A stretch of 64,000 nucleotides of DNA from a virus, in IMG/VR virus record IMGVR_UViG_3300020421_002453, positions 9,097 to 73,096 of that record, one strand, 5' to 3'. The notes beneath the pieces were generated by a model. That model was not told where the DNA came from. It was given only the letters and a program-made list of their open reading frames with translations, and searched no databases. Positions 1 to 10,093 of this stretch are shown in pieces (position 1 is the stretch's first letter; every line of letters starts with the position of its first letter). A program made the translations under genes and the position numbers.

Positions 1-28
1 TGATGGGATATTCAGAGGTGGATTAGCA

Positions 29-1519
29 TTGAATGTAGTTAGAGCGGCTGAAGATGTTACAAGATTGGCCAAATGGACTCTAACATCTAAAGGAGTTCTT
101 TTTAATCTAAAACAATTTGCACTACAGGCTCAAAATCCAATAGGTGAAAATAGAATATTTAATCCAGGTGGTATATTTGGTTCTGCCATACCTGGTATAC
201 ATTTACCACGACACACTAACGGAACCTTTCTTGATTTCCAAGACCCACCAAAGTATCAAACTGATAAAGATGGTAACAATAGAAAGATGCCTGAAACTGA
301 TGAGGATGCAGGAATATTTGGAGCTATAGGTGGAGCATTAGGAATAGGTGGTGCGAGAAAAACAAATAGATTACTTCAATTATATGATTCAAGGATGATA
401 AAGGGTGAGGGTTCAGCTGGTAGAAATCCAGTTATTGGTGCACTTGGATTAGGTAACCAAGAATTTGAAGACCCTAAACGAGTAGTTGATAGTACATTAG
501 GGCCTTATGGTGGGCCTTTAGAGGAAGAAACCAATCAATTTGGTTTCAGAAATGATACTCATGATGAATTAAGAGATTTTAATGGAAGTGCTATAACTGA
601 TGGTAGAGGACAAAGTAATATTCCACAAGGTAGTTTAATTGACGCAATAAAGAATGGATATGAAACACAGGCAAATGCTGAAGTTGTAGGATTTCAAGGT
701 CAGAACGATGATGAAACTGCTCAAAATGCAGAAGATTATAATCTTGGTAAAGGAAAGGTTGCTTATCGAGGTGGTTTATATTCAGTAGGAGTATCAAATC
801 AATTACAAGTTCCTTATGGTGGTAAGTTTGATAATATTGGATTTGCAAATACCGTAAATAACAAATTACCAAAAGATTTTATTAAGTTTAGAATTAGAGA
901 TGCTGTGAATGGTAAGTGGATAGTATTTCCTGCTCATCTTGGAACAATCACAGATACAATTACTCCTGAATGGAGTACAGAAAGATATATCGGTAGACCT
1001 GATTCAGTACACTTGTATAGTGGTGCTTCTCGTAGTGTAAGTTTTGATTTTAAAGTTGCTGCTTTTAGTAAACAAGAAATACCAATCATTCAAGAAAAGA
1101 TGAATGCTTTAGTTGGATTGGCTTATCCAACATTTAAGAAGATACTTAGTGGGGATGATGAAGAAAGACCAGTAGCACCATATGTTTATTTAACTATTGG
1201 TGATTTATTTAATAACACACCAGGTTACTTTAATAGTATCACAGTAACTATGGAAGAAAATTCTAATTGGGAAATTGATGAGGGATTACAAATACCACAT
1301 TACTTCTCTGTATCAGTAGAGTTTGTTCATGTAGGTAAATACTTACCGAACACATTAGGTAAACACTATGATGTTCCACACCTAAAAGATTTTGGAGTGG
1401 GTAATGGAAACAATGGTGTATTTGGAAAGAATGACCCAAGAGATGGAACTACAAGTAGACCTGATATGCAAAAAGCTACAGACCCTAAACATTGGAGTAA
1501 GGGAGTTTATACAGACTAA
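29..1519 (+). CDS. Baseplate/tail-tube initiator-like protein (T4 gp48/gp54-like C-terminal domain), 5'-truncated by the window
   Basis: The frame stays open upstream of nt 29 (DGIFRGGLAL). The C-terminal DFIKFRI...ITDTITPEW...YIGR...Y.G..RSVSFDFKV...P...LTIGD pattern is typical of tube-initiator proteins, and a LysM gene follows. Confidence 0.6.
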   Translation: MNVVRAAEDVTRLAKWTLTSKGVLFNLKQFALQAQNPIGENRIFNPGGIFGSAIPGIHLPRHTNGTFLDFQDPPKYQTDKDGNNRKMPETDEDAGIFGAIGGALGIGGARKTNRLLQLYDSRMIKGEGSAGRNPVIGALGLGNQEFEDPKRVVDSTLGPYGGPLEEETNQFGFRNDTHDELRDFNGSAITDGRGQSNIPQGSLIDAIKNGYETQANAEVVGFQGQNDDETAQNAEDYNLGKGKVAYRGGLYSVGVSNQLQVPYGGKFDNIGFANTVNNKLPKDFIKFRIRDAVNGKWIVFPAHLGTITDTITPEWSTERYIGRPDSVHLYSGASRSVSFDFKVAAFSKQEIPIIQEKMNALVGLAYPTFKKILSGDDEERPVAPYVYLTIGDLFNNTPGYFNSITVTMEENSNWEIDEGLQIPHYFSVSVEFVHVGKYLPNTLGKHYDVPHLKDFGVGNGNNGVFGKNDPRDGTTSRPDMQKATDPKHWSKGVYTD

Positions 1520-1821
1520 TGAGTAGATATAAATACACAGAAATACAGAACGATAAAGTTAATAAGAAAAAAGTATTAACTACAACACTATATCCTGATA
1601 TCGAAAGTAAAGATAGTGATGTAATCTACTATGCAAAATTTGATGATTCGTTGATGACTTTGGCAAATAAATTTTATGGAGACCAAACTTTATGGTGGAT
1701 TATTGCAAGAGCAAATAACTTTCAAGGTAGAACTAAGTTCACAGTCGGACAGAAATTAGTTATACCGATGGATATTGGTGATGTAGTAAAACAATTAAAT
1801 AAACTTAATACCAATGTTTGA
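1519..1821 (+). CDS. LysM-domain baseplate protein (gp53/gpX-like)
   Basis: DSLMTLANKFYGDQTLWWIIARAN...GQKLVIP LysM-like signature; baseplate context. Confidence 0.8.
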   Translation: MSRYKYTEIQNDKVNKKKVLTTTLYPDIESKDSDVIYYAKFDDSLMTLANKFYGDQTLWWIIARANNFQGRTKFTVGQKLVIPMDIGDVVKQLNKLNTNV

Positions 1822-4360
1822 ATTTAAACAAATAGATAAATTCGTTCAAAGGAGTTTATATAACCGAATAGATGCATTGAATCGGAGTGGTGAATTTACA
1901 CCATTAGAACCTATGAGTGATGGTTTTAATGCAATGGATTTCCTAACAAACGCCTGTTGGGCTAGAGTAACATCAGCTATACATGGAGTTGATGGTGATG
2001 GTAAAAAGAAATCAGAATTATTTAGGTTATCAAGTGCATTTAAAGATGGACAACCACTTAATAAACCATTAGCCTCTCAAGATAGTTTATACACAAATAA
2101 TCCTGATACAACATTTAGACCACATAGTGGTATCCAATCTATTAATACTACATATAAAAGTAATTATGGTATACAAGAAACTACTATTACTTGGAAGTTT
2201 TGGGATATAAATAAATTTCAAGAATATGAATCTGCTTTACTAAAACATGGTAGGACTGTGTTTGTAGAATTTGGTTGGTCAAACAATAAAGAAGTAGATA
2301 TAAAACCAGATGTTATTAATGATGAGGAAGAGTTTTTAAAATCATTTAAATCAACAAATTTAAAAATAAAAAGAGCTGGTGGTGATTATTATTGTACCAT
2401 TGGTAAGATTACAAATTTTGATTACAAGATAAATCCAAATGGTGGATTTGATTGTACCACTACAATAGTTTCTATTGGTGCGGATTTATTTAAAAGTACT
2501 ATTGATGAGAACTTAAATAGTAAAGTAACTGAGATACAAGATTCTAATTTAAAAAAACTTGAAGATGCTTATGCTAACTCTAATTTTTATTTTGAGAAGT
2601 TCATGGAAAATCTTGATAGTAATATTAAACTGGCAGTTAAGAATGGTGATGCAGGAGTGTATCATAATGGAGAAAAGGGTTATTGTAATTGGGCTTGGTT
2701 CGAAGATATCGTATTGAGTTCTTTCTTTGGATTTAAAACAGAAAAATTTATAGTAACTGAAGACCCATCTAATCCTAATAAAAATGTAAAGACGGATGCT
2801 GGTGAATTATCAACACAAATATTAAGTAGAAATTTAAAATATAGAGTAGATGGTGATGGTAAAATAGTTGGTACAGATGTAGAAAATTCACTTTGTAGAT
2901 ATGGTAAGTATACATTTACAATTAATAAAGATGTTATATTACCAGGTCGTATACCAGGTAGGATTAAAGTTAATGGTAATAATGCACTAAGAGGTGATAT
3001 TGGTAGATTGATGAAGAAGAAACTTGGTGGAACAGATGCTTTCAAAGATTATATACATTTGTTTGAAGATTTTGAAAAAATAAATCAAAGATTTCCAAAA
3101 TTTAAACATCCTGATAAAGATAAAGGTATTATACGAAACATGGTGTTTAGTTCAGATTATCTAAAACACTTTTTTAGTTCTGTTAATAACCTTGAAAATG
3201 CTATGAATAGTTTTTGGGGTGCTGTGGCTTCATTGTACGGAGGATATTGGAACTTTGAGATGGTTGTTGATGTAAATAATACTGGTAAAATTGGTATGGT
3301 GGATAGATTTGAAACTGAGGGTAGGGTTGCTGATAACAATCCTGAAGTTCGTGAAGATTATACAAGAGATAAGGCAAAGGCAAAAGCATTCTCTAATGAT
3401 GATGAGGGTGCCGTAGATACTTTTATGTTCTCTAATTATGGGAAACATTCTTTATTTAAAGATTTTAGTGTAAATGTAAATCTATCATCTGAGATGGCAA
3501 CTATGGCATTATATCATAGTAATAAAAAACTATCTACTAATCCAAATAGTACTACAAACAAACCAGAAGATAAAGGTGCTAAAATACTTGGTGAACTACA
3601 AAACGAGGCAATACGAGCTACTCAAGATGGTTCAGATATAACACCATTCGAAGATATATTAGTGCATGATGTTTCTAATCCTTTTATGAAAGGTGAGATG
3701 CAAAAGTATAAAACTAAAGTTAGTAATAATCCATCAGCCAAAGATGTTCTTGATGCACAATCTGGTGATACTAAATTAGAAAAAGTAAAACCATCACAAA
3801 AAGTAAATTTTGGTGATAAAAATAAATCTGAATTAGATGAAGAACTTAATAACTTAAGAGCAGATGAAGAAACAGCAAATGAAACAAGTGAACCATTTGA
3901 TGGGTTAACATCCTTTGATGTTGATAATCCAGATAAGAATGGATTGATATGGAATTCAAATGGTACTATGATTGCATCTTATGAAAGAACTTTACTTTAC
4001 TTTATGAATAAAACACTACTATCTGATATGGAAGTAGACCCAATAGTACCCGTTGAAGTTTCATTCAGTATGCCAGGTATTGGTGGTTTAGATTTATTTG
4101 ATATGTTTGCAGTGGATTATTTACCTGAAACATATAGGAAATATGCTTTGTTCCAAATTAAATCACAAGAACATACTATTGATACTACAGGATGGACAAC
4201 CAATATTACAGGTATCATGAGAGTAGATATGCAAAAATTAGTAAAACAAAAAGGAAAGATTACGGAACCTGAGTTCAAAGAAGTTTCTGGTGAAGAACAA
4301 GTAGATTTTGTACAATTCACCATTGATTCAGAAAAAGACCGAGATGCCGAAGAAAATTAG
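1814..4360 (+). CDS. Putative baseplate hub / tail-associated structural protein
   Basis: 848-aa ORF after the LysM gene; the motifs RPHSGIQSI, VFVEFGW and a C-terminal VPVEVSFSMPGIGG...YLP...FQI...H.I...GWTT.I resemble hub proteins. Assigned mainly from context. Confidence 0.5.
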   Translation: MFEFKQIDKFVQRSLYNRIDALNRSGEFTPLEPMSDGFNAMDFLTNACWARVTSAIHGVDGDGKKKSELFRLSSAFKDGQPLNKPLASQDSLYTNNPDTTFRPHSGIQSINTTYKSNYGIQETTITWKFWDINKFQEYESALLKHGRTVFVEFGWSNNKEVDIKPDVINDEEEFLKSFKSTNLKIKRAGGDYYCTIGKITNFDYKINPNGGFDCTTTIVSIGADLFKSTIDENLNSKVTEIQDSNLKKLEDAYANSNFYFEKFMENLDSNIKLAVKNGDAGVYHNGEKGYCNWAWFEDIVLSSFFGFKTEKFIVTEDPSNPNKNVKTDAGELSTQILSRNLKYRVDGDGKIVGTDVENSLCRYGKYTFTINKDVILPGRIPGRIKVNGNNALRGDIGRLMKKKLGGTDAFKDYIHLFEDFEKINQRFPKFKHPDKDKGIIRNMVFSSDYLKHFFSSVNNLENAMNSFWGAVASLYGGYWNFEMVVDVNNTGKIGMVDRFETEGRVADNNPEVREDYTRDKAKAKAFSNDDEGAVDTFMFSNYGKHSLFKDFSVNVNLSSEMATMALYHSNKKLSTNPNSTTNKPEDKGAKILGELQNEAIRATQDGSDITPFEDILVHDVSNPFMKGEMQKYKTKVSNNPSAKDVLDAQSGDTKLEKVKPSQKVNFGDKNKSELDEELNNLRADEETANETSEPFDGLTSFDVDNPDKNGLIWNSNGTMIASYERTLLYFMNKTLLSDMEVDPIVPVEVSFSMPGIGGLDLFDMFAVDYLPETYRKYALFQIKSQEHTIDTTGWTTNITGIMRVDMQKLVKQKGKITEPEFKEVSGEEQVDFVQFTIDSEKDRDAEEN

Positions 4361-4393
4361 TATTTTGAGGATTTAATTTAATATATATTATAA

Positions 4394-4546
4394 ATGGTTA
4401 TAAATTTTCTAAAGAGTATAGTTCAATCTTTGTATTTAAAAATATGGTTAAGAACCACAAGTGGAAAAGAGTACGCTAAGAAATACAAACGAAGAAGAAA
4501 AATGGAACTTGCACAAATATTAAAAGGAGAAAAAAATGAAAATTGA
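4394..4546 (+). CDS. Small basic hypothetical protein (50 aa, not in ORF track)
   Basis: ATG at 4394 just after an AT-rich promoter-like stretch; MVINFLKSIVQSLYLKIWLRTTSGKEYAKKYKRRRKMELAQILKGEKNEN; overlaps the thyX start. Confidence 0.45.
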   Translation: MVINFLKSIVQSLYLKIWLRTTSGKEYAKKYKRRRKMELAQILKGEKNEN

Positions 4547-5228
4547 TGTATTAGATAAAGGATATATAGAATTAGTAGATACACTTGGTGATGATTTAAC
4601 ACCTGTAAATGCTGCTCGTGTATCATTTGGTGGTAGGAGTGATAAATTTGAAAATAAAGATAGAAAATTATCTAAGTTTTTAATTAAACACAAACACTTT
4701 TCACCATTTAGACATCAACATGGTATGTTCATTATTAAAGCACCTGAGTTTGTGATGAGACAATGGTACAAACATGTCGTTGGTATTGAAACTACATCAT
4801 CTCATGTAACAAAAGACCATGCTTGGAATGAGATTAGTGGTAGGTATGTTCCATATGATGAATTTTATGAACCAACAGAGTTCAGAAAACAAAGTGATGA
4901 TAACAAACAGGCGAGTGATGGGTTAGTTGATAATCAAAAAGAGATGAAACAATTATGGACTATCTCTCAAATGAATTCCATTTCTGCCTATAAAGAAATG
5001 TTAAAGAGTGGTATGGCCAAAGAACAAGCTCGTAGTATATTACCACTTACAGTTTATACAAAGGTATGGTGGACGGCATCATTTCAAAGTGTTATGAATT
5101 TCATTGAGTTAAGAGATGAACCAACATCACAAGTAGAAATTCAAGAATATGCTAAGGCATTGAAAGAAATTATGTTAGAGAAGTTTCCTGAAACAACAAA
5201 ACTATGGAGTGAAATATACTTAGATTGA
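4536..5228 (+). CDS. thyX: Flavin-dependent thymidylate synthase
   Basis: VNAARVSF, HFSPF, RQWYKH...WNEISGRY and EQARSILP ThyX motifs; AGGAG RBS. Confidence 0.95.
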   Translation: MKIDVLDKGYIELVDTLGDDLTPVNAARVSFGGRSDKFENKDRKLSKFLIKHKHFSPFRHQHGMFIIKAPEFVMRQWYKHVVGIETTSSHVTKDHAWNEISGRYVPYDEFYEPTEFRKQSDDNKQASDGLVDNQKEMKQLWTISQMNSISAYKEMLKSGMAKEQARSILPLTVYTKVWWTASFQSVMNFIELRDEPTSQVEIQEYAKALKEIMLEKFPETTKLWSEIYLD

Positions 5229-6115
5229 TGACAGGTTGGATACTATATAAAAGAGATATTAAGGAATCATACGAAACTCAGAGATTAGTTGAAGAGTTTG
5301 AAAAACAAGATATAAAAGTTCGTGTGGTTAATCCACAAGATGTAGATATCTATGTGGATAGGGATGATAGAAAAAGTATTCGTGTTGATGGTAAGGCGAG
5401 AGCATTACCTGATTTTGTAATACCAAGAACTGGTAGTGGAACAACCTATTTTATAAAGGCAATTATTCGTCATTTAGAGAGGTTGGGAGTGATACTTATT
5501 AATGGTAGTGAATCTATTGATGCAGTTAAAGATAAGTTATACTCACAACAAATACTTGGACAATCAAATCTACCTGTACCTAAAACACTATTGGTGAAAC
5601 ATCCAATCGATGTTGAGTTTATTGAAAGTAGTTTAAACTATCCAATTATTGTTAAAACATTAAGTGGTTCATTTGGTGCTGGTGTATTCTTAGTTGAGAA
5701 CAGAAAACAATTAAAACAATTGATGAGAATGGCCGAGATAACTAAACCAAGTTATAACATTATTATTCAAGAGTTTATTGAAGATTCATATGGAAAAGAT
5801 TTAAGAGTATTTGTTTTGAATGGTAAAGTAGTGGGTTGTATGATGAGACAATCTACAGATGATGATTTTAGAGCAAACATCACAAGAGGTGGTGAGGGTA
5901 TTCCTTATCAAATTACAGAAGAGATTGAGTTCTTAAGTGGTGAGTGTGCAAGATTATTAAACTTGGATATAGCAGGTGTTGACCTACTATTTAATGATGG
6001 TGGTTATAGTATCTGTGAAGTAAATTCATCACCTGGTTTTGAGGGGATGGATAAGTTCTGTAAAACAAACATTGCAGAACAAATAGTTACTTATGTAAAA
6101 TACAAATTGGGTTAA
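5225..6115 (+). CDS. rimK: RimK-family ATP-grasp alpha-L-glutamate ligase
   Basis: DKL, PIIVK..GS.G.GV, IIQEFI, DLRVFV, FRANITRGG, GVDLL and EVNSSPG motifs. Confidence 0.9.
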   Translation: MMTGWILYKRDIKESYETQRLVEEFEKQDIKVRVVNPQDVDIYVDRDDRKSIRVDGKARALPDFVIPRTGSGTTYFIKAIIRHLERLGVILINGSESIDAVKDKLYSQQILGQSNLPVPKTLLVKHPIDVEFIESSLNYPIIVKTLSGSFGAGVFLVENRKQLKQLMRMAEITKPSYNIIIQEFIEDSYGKDLRVFVLNGKVVGCMMRQSTDDDFRANITRGGEGIPYQITEEIEFLSGECARLLNLDIAGVDLLFNDGGYSICEVNSSPGFEGMDKFCKTNIAEQIVTYVKYKLG

Positions 6116-7399
6116 ATGGTTATAGTAAATTCTAAAGAGAAGTGGGTTTCATTACAAAAAAGAATGAAAACTCAACACTTCGTTTATCTACAGATATTAT
6201 CGGATGCAAACAAACATCCTAAACAGAATCGTGTGTCTTGTTTTCTTATCGTAACACCATTTGAAAAGTATATTGTTCCTGTAAATCATAATGAGAAGTG
6301 GGGAACTATAGAAAAGTTTGATGTAGATGATAGTAAAGTATGTGTGGGTGATATGAAATCATTTAAACATAATTCAATGATTGAGTGTGATGATATATTT
6401 GGATTAATAGATTTGAATTGGTGCCATTATATGAAAACAAATGAACCATATGATTTTGATAAACATCTAACAAATGCACATCATCATAATTACAGAGTAC
6501 ACTTTGAAAAGGATAATGTGAATGATATTATTCCTTTGGTAAAACATGGTGAGTATCTTTCAAATGTTGCAGATGAATTGATGGGTTATGTTGAAGATTG
6601 TGATTACTATGACCAAAGTATCTTAGAAGTTTTATCTGATGTAGAGAGTAATGGAATACAAACTACAGATGGTATTGTGTATTCAGAATATAATCCATAC
6701 ACAAGTACAGGTAGACCATCAAACAGATTTGGTGGTATGAACTTTGCAGCTTTGAATAAAAAAGATGGTAGTAGAAAGAAGTTTATTAGTAGATTCGATA
6801 ATGGTGTATTGGTTGAATTTGATTATGATGCATATCATCCAAGATTGATTGGTGAGAAAATAAACTATGAATTTCCTAAAGGTAATGTACATCAACACCT
6901 TGCAGATACTTATGGTTTAAGTTACGAAGATGGTAAAAAATTAACATTTAAGTACTTATATGGTGGAATATCTCAAGAAATTAAAGATAATCCTTTCTTT
7001 AGTGAGGTAGATGTGTATATAAAGGACTTGTGGAGTAAGTGGAAAGCTAATAAAATCATCAAATCTGATATTTATAATAGAGTGATAAGTAAAGAGAATT
7101 TACCTGATATGAATCCTAATAAGTTATTTAACTATATGATTCAGTTGATGGAGACAGAACATAATATTAATATATTAGATGAGTTTTTCTTTTATATGCA
7201 AAAGGAAACTTTTAAGAGTAAACTAATTCTCTACAATTATGATGCTTTTTTGTTTGATTTTGATTACAAAACTGATGGGTTAGAATATCTCAAGAAAGTA
7301 AAGAATATTATAGAGTGTGATGGTAAGTATCCTACAAGAGTTTATATGGGAGATAATTATCATACTATGAATGAGATAACGGAGAAACTACTTGTATAA
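6116..7399 (+). CDS. Short family-A DNA polymerase-like protein
   Basis: TSTGRPSN; motif A VEFDYDAYHPRL; motif B GKKLTFKYLYG; NY.IQ..ET; motif C variant YNYDAFLFD. Only 427 aa. Confidence 0.8.
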   Translation: MVIVNSKEKWVSLQKRMKTQHFVYLQILSDANKHPKQNRVSCFLIVTPFEKYIVPVNHNEKWGTIEKFDVDDSKVCVGDMKSFKHNSMIECDDIFGLIDLNWCHYMKTNEPYDFDKHLTNAHHHNYRVHFEKDNVNDIIPLVKHGEYLSNVADELMGYVEDCDYYDQSILEVLSDVESNGIQTTDGIVYSEYNPYTSTGRPSNRFGGMNFAALNKKDGSRKKFISRFDNGVLVEFDYDAYHPRLIGEKINYEFPKGNVHQHLADTYGLSYEDGKKLTFKYLYGGISQEIKDNPFFSEVDVYIKDLWSKWKANKIIKSDIYNRVISKENLPDMNPNKLFNYMIQLMETEHNINILDEFFFYMQKETFKSKLILYNYDAFLFDFDYKTDGLEYLKKVKNIIECDGKYPTRVYMGDNYHTMNEITEKLLV

Positions 7400-8237
7400 T
7401 TTGAAAGATATTTTATATGAATCTTTAAAGAGCTATCGACATATGAGACCATATATGCAATCTGAACTTGACCAAGAAGTTGATGAGTATCTTGATAATG
7501 AACATACTAAAAGAAAACTTCCAAAGTTTTGGAAAGATAAAGATGATGGTTATTCAGATATCAAAACTGCTTTATATGAATTTCCAAGTGAAGAAGAGAT
7601 TCGTTCATTAGAAAACTCTGATGCTGGTGAAATATTAGATTTAGCTCCAGAGGATAGAATGAAAGAAGCTATCTCAAGAGCTAAGAAATATGGTAAGGAT
7701 TACAAGAGGATTATTCAAGGGTTAAAAACTCAAGAGAAGATTCCAGCACCTATAGTTGTGAGGGATAAATCAAAAAGATTATATTTATTAGGGGGAAATA
7801 GTAGATTGATGTTAGGAATAGCATTAGGATTAAATTTACCTATAAAGATTATTGATTGGAAAAAAGAAATCCAAGAAAATATTTTAGAAATAAGTTCAGG
7901 ACATATCTCAACAGCAGATGAGGGAGAACCAGATACAGGTTTTTCACCTGCAGGACAAACGAGAGTGTTGGGTGTGGATGATAGTAAACCAGAGCCTTGG
8001 TATAATAAAGGTGGTTACTCTCAATTACATTATCCAAAAGCTGATGACCCATATGGTGGAAAGAAAGATAAAAAAACAATACAAGTACAAGTGATTAAAA
8101 AAATTAAAAACACTGGTGAGAAGTACGAGGGATTCCAAGATGCAGTTGGTAGTTGGGATAAGTATGGTAGTACAGATTATTCTAATGATTTCGATTATGG
8201 GGATTTAGTTGATATGTACACAGGAGATTCTAAATGA
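7392..8237 (+). CDS. Hypothetical protein with ParB/Srx-like domain
   Basis: PAPIVVRD...YLLGGNSRL...L.LPIKII resembles the ParB-N core; acidic low-complexity C-terminus. Confidence 0.5.
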   Translation: MYNLKDILYESLKSYRHMRPYMQSELDQEVDEYLDNEHTKRKLPKFWKDKDDGYSDIKTALYEFPSEEEIRSLENSDAGEILDLAPEDRMKEAISRAKKYGKDYKRIIQGLKTQEKIPAPIVVRDKSKRLYLLGGNSRLMLGIALGLNLPIKIIDWKKEIQENILEISSGHISTADEGEPDTGFSPAGQTRVLGVDDSKPEPWYNKGGYSQLHYPKADDPYGGKKDKKTIQVQVIKKIKNTGEKYEGFQDAVGSWDKYGSTDYSNDFDYGDLVDMYTGDSK

Positions 8238-9583
8238 ATTGGGATAAAATATTAAACGAATTAAGTTACATTATTAAAGATGGAAGTCCAGACTTGACTA
8301 ATGAACAACATCTTATTAAATTATGGGATATTTTAAAAGAACATAATTGGAGTGTTGAGGCAAGAGTGGAATTATTAAATAACTTATCAGGTACTAAAAT
8401 AGAAGAACCGATAGTGGAAGCTAAAGGTGATACATCTGCAACTACATTTTATCACGAAGTAATGACTGGTATATTAGTTGGTGGTGGTAATAGTTCGTTT
8501 AAAGATGGTGAAGAGGTTGGAAAGTTTTTTAAGAATGGAACTATAAAGGCGGTAAATGCTGGATTAGGAACAGTCAAACCAGATGGTTCGGCTTGGGAAA
8601 GATTCTTACAAAAAGACTCAATACCAAAATCAGCATTAGTTTCAGATGCAAAAAACTTATCTACAAGAGTTAAAAAAGAGTTGGGTAAGGGTAAGAATAT
8701 GATGTGGACTGGCCCAACAAATGATGGTTCTAAATTTGGAGCTGCTGATATTGCTGGTAACTTTAGTGGTTATGGTGATGTTGGTATATCATTAAAGGCT
8801 GGAGTTGGACAATTAAAGAATTTAACATTAGGTACTTTTACAAAAATATTAGGAATGCCTGAGTTAAAAGGTGCTGAATTTATAAAGAAATATAATAAAA
8901 ACTTTAACTCAATGACCAAAGATTGGATGAAGTTAGTAGAGAAGTTATTTAATTCATTAACAAAAGATAAAGAAGCACAGAAGATATTTAAAAGACATTC
9001 AAAATCATCTTGGGATGCATATCAAAAAGAAATATTAAAAGAAGATGAATTGAATATATTATCAGAGGCAGTTGGATTTCCTAAACAAAAGTATTCTGCA
9101 AAAACAAAAAAGTTTAAATACTTCTGTAGAAAACTTCAAGAAAAACATCATCCACAATGGAAAGATTGGCAGGTAAAAAGAGGTAAACATTTCAACGATA
9201 TATTTTCAGAATTGTTTTCTAAAGAAGAAAATAATATTAGAATGAACTTGAGTACTCTATTTAAAAGACAATTAAGTGTAGGAGATACAAGTTTATTTTA
9301 TGCCGCTAAAGGTGGTAAAACATTTTGGTTTATACCAAGTGAGAAACTCTATGATAAACAAATGGGGCCAGATAAGTTTATTGCCGATTATGAACTACAA
9401 GAATCACAGGCTGGATACAAATTTTTATTAGATGTTGGTACACAAGAGATGGGTGGTATCGGTACTATTATTATTGAGATTAGATTTTCTACAGGACAAA
9501 TGGATGGAGCACCATCAGTAAAATCAAGTTACAAATTAGTAACCAAAGATTGGTCTGGATTATTGGGGGCCTTTAGGAGATAA
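8234..9583 (+). CDS. Hypothetical protein, possible PD-(D/E)xK restriction-endonuclease-like domain
   Basis: TFYHE...ADIAG...GISLK spacing fits the E...D...SxK nuclease variant; a separate ~60-aa N-terminal segment ends in IVEA. Confidence 0.4.
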   Translation: MNWDKILNELSYIIKDGSPDLTNEQHLIKLWDILKEHNWSVEARVELLNNLSGTKIEEPIVEAKGDTSATTFYHEVMTGILVGGGNSSFKDGEEVGKFFKNGTIKAVNAGLGTVKPDGSAWERFLQKDSIPKSALVSDAKNLSTRVKKELGKGKNMMWTGPTNDGSKFGAADIAGNFSGYGDVGISLKAGVGQLKNLTLGTFTKILGMPELKGAEFIKKYNKNFNSMTKDWMKLVEKLFNSLTKDKEAQKIFKRHSKSSWDAYQKEILKEDELNILSEAVGFPKQKYSAKTKKFKYFCRKLQEKHHPQWKDWQVKRGKHFNDIFSELFSKEENNIRMNLSTLFKRQLSVGDTSLFYAAKGGKTFWFIPSEKLYDKQMGPDKFIADYELQESQAGYKFLLDVGTQEMGGIGTIIIEIRFSTGQMDGAPSVKSSYKLVTKDWSGLLGAFRR

Positions 9584-9584
9584 C

Positions 9585-9998
9585 ATGAGAACACAATTAC
9601 TATGTACATTCACAAGGGTTCCAAAATTAAATGAAATAATAGATGTTATTGTATCATGCAATGATATTCTATTTGATAAGATATATGTTTTTAGTAACCA
9701 AAATGACCCAACACAATTAATGTGTACTTACAATGTTGAGTTTATGGATAACTTTGAAGAGAACATTGAGAACACTATATCGTTACACAGAAAGAAACAA
9801 TCAAATACACTCTATACAATCAACGCATTGAATGAAGTTATCAGAGAAAAGAACGGTGGAGTTCTTGATAAATCATTTCAAGTAGATTGGTCAGAGTTTC
9901 AAAACACATTGATATTAACTGCTGAAAGTGGATTGAATATCATACCTACAAAAATACATCAAATTGTCGATGTAAACGACTGGCAAAAGAAAATTTAA
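9585..9998 (+). CDS. Hypothetical phage protein
   Basis: 137-aa ORF with AGGAG RBS; no function recognised. Confidence 0.7.
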   Translation: MRTQLLCTFTRVPKLNEIIDVIVSCNDILFDKIYVFSNQNDPTQLMCTYNVEFMDNFEENIENTISLHRKKQSNTLYTINALNEVIREKNGGVLDKSFQVDWSEFQNTLILTAESGLNIIPTKIHQIVDVNDWQKKI

Positions 9999-10030
9999 AA
10001 AAAAATTAACTTTTTGCAAAATAAATGCTA

Positions 10031-10078
10031 TTTTGAGAATTTATATACATATATATTTATGTATCTAAAATGAGATAC
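10031..10078 (+). promoter_or_regulatory. Putative phage promoter (TTTTGAG...TATTTAT) followed by 5' hairpin GTATCT-N6-AGATAC
   Basis: TATTTAT at 10054-10060 recurs in several intergenic gaps; hairpin 10061-10078; the same promoter-plus-hairpin layout recurs at 10627-10656. Confidence 0.5.
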
Positions 10079-10093
10079 AAAGTTTTTTGAAAA

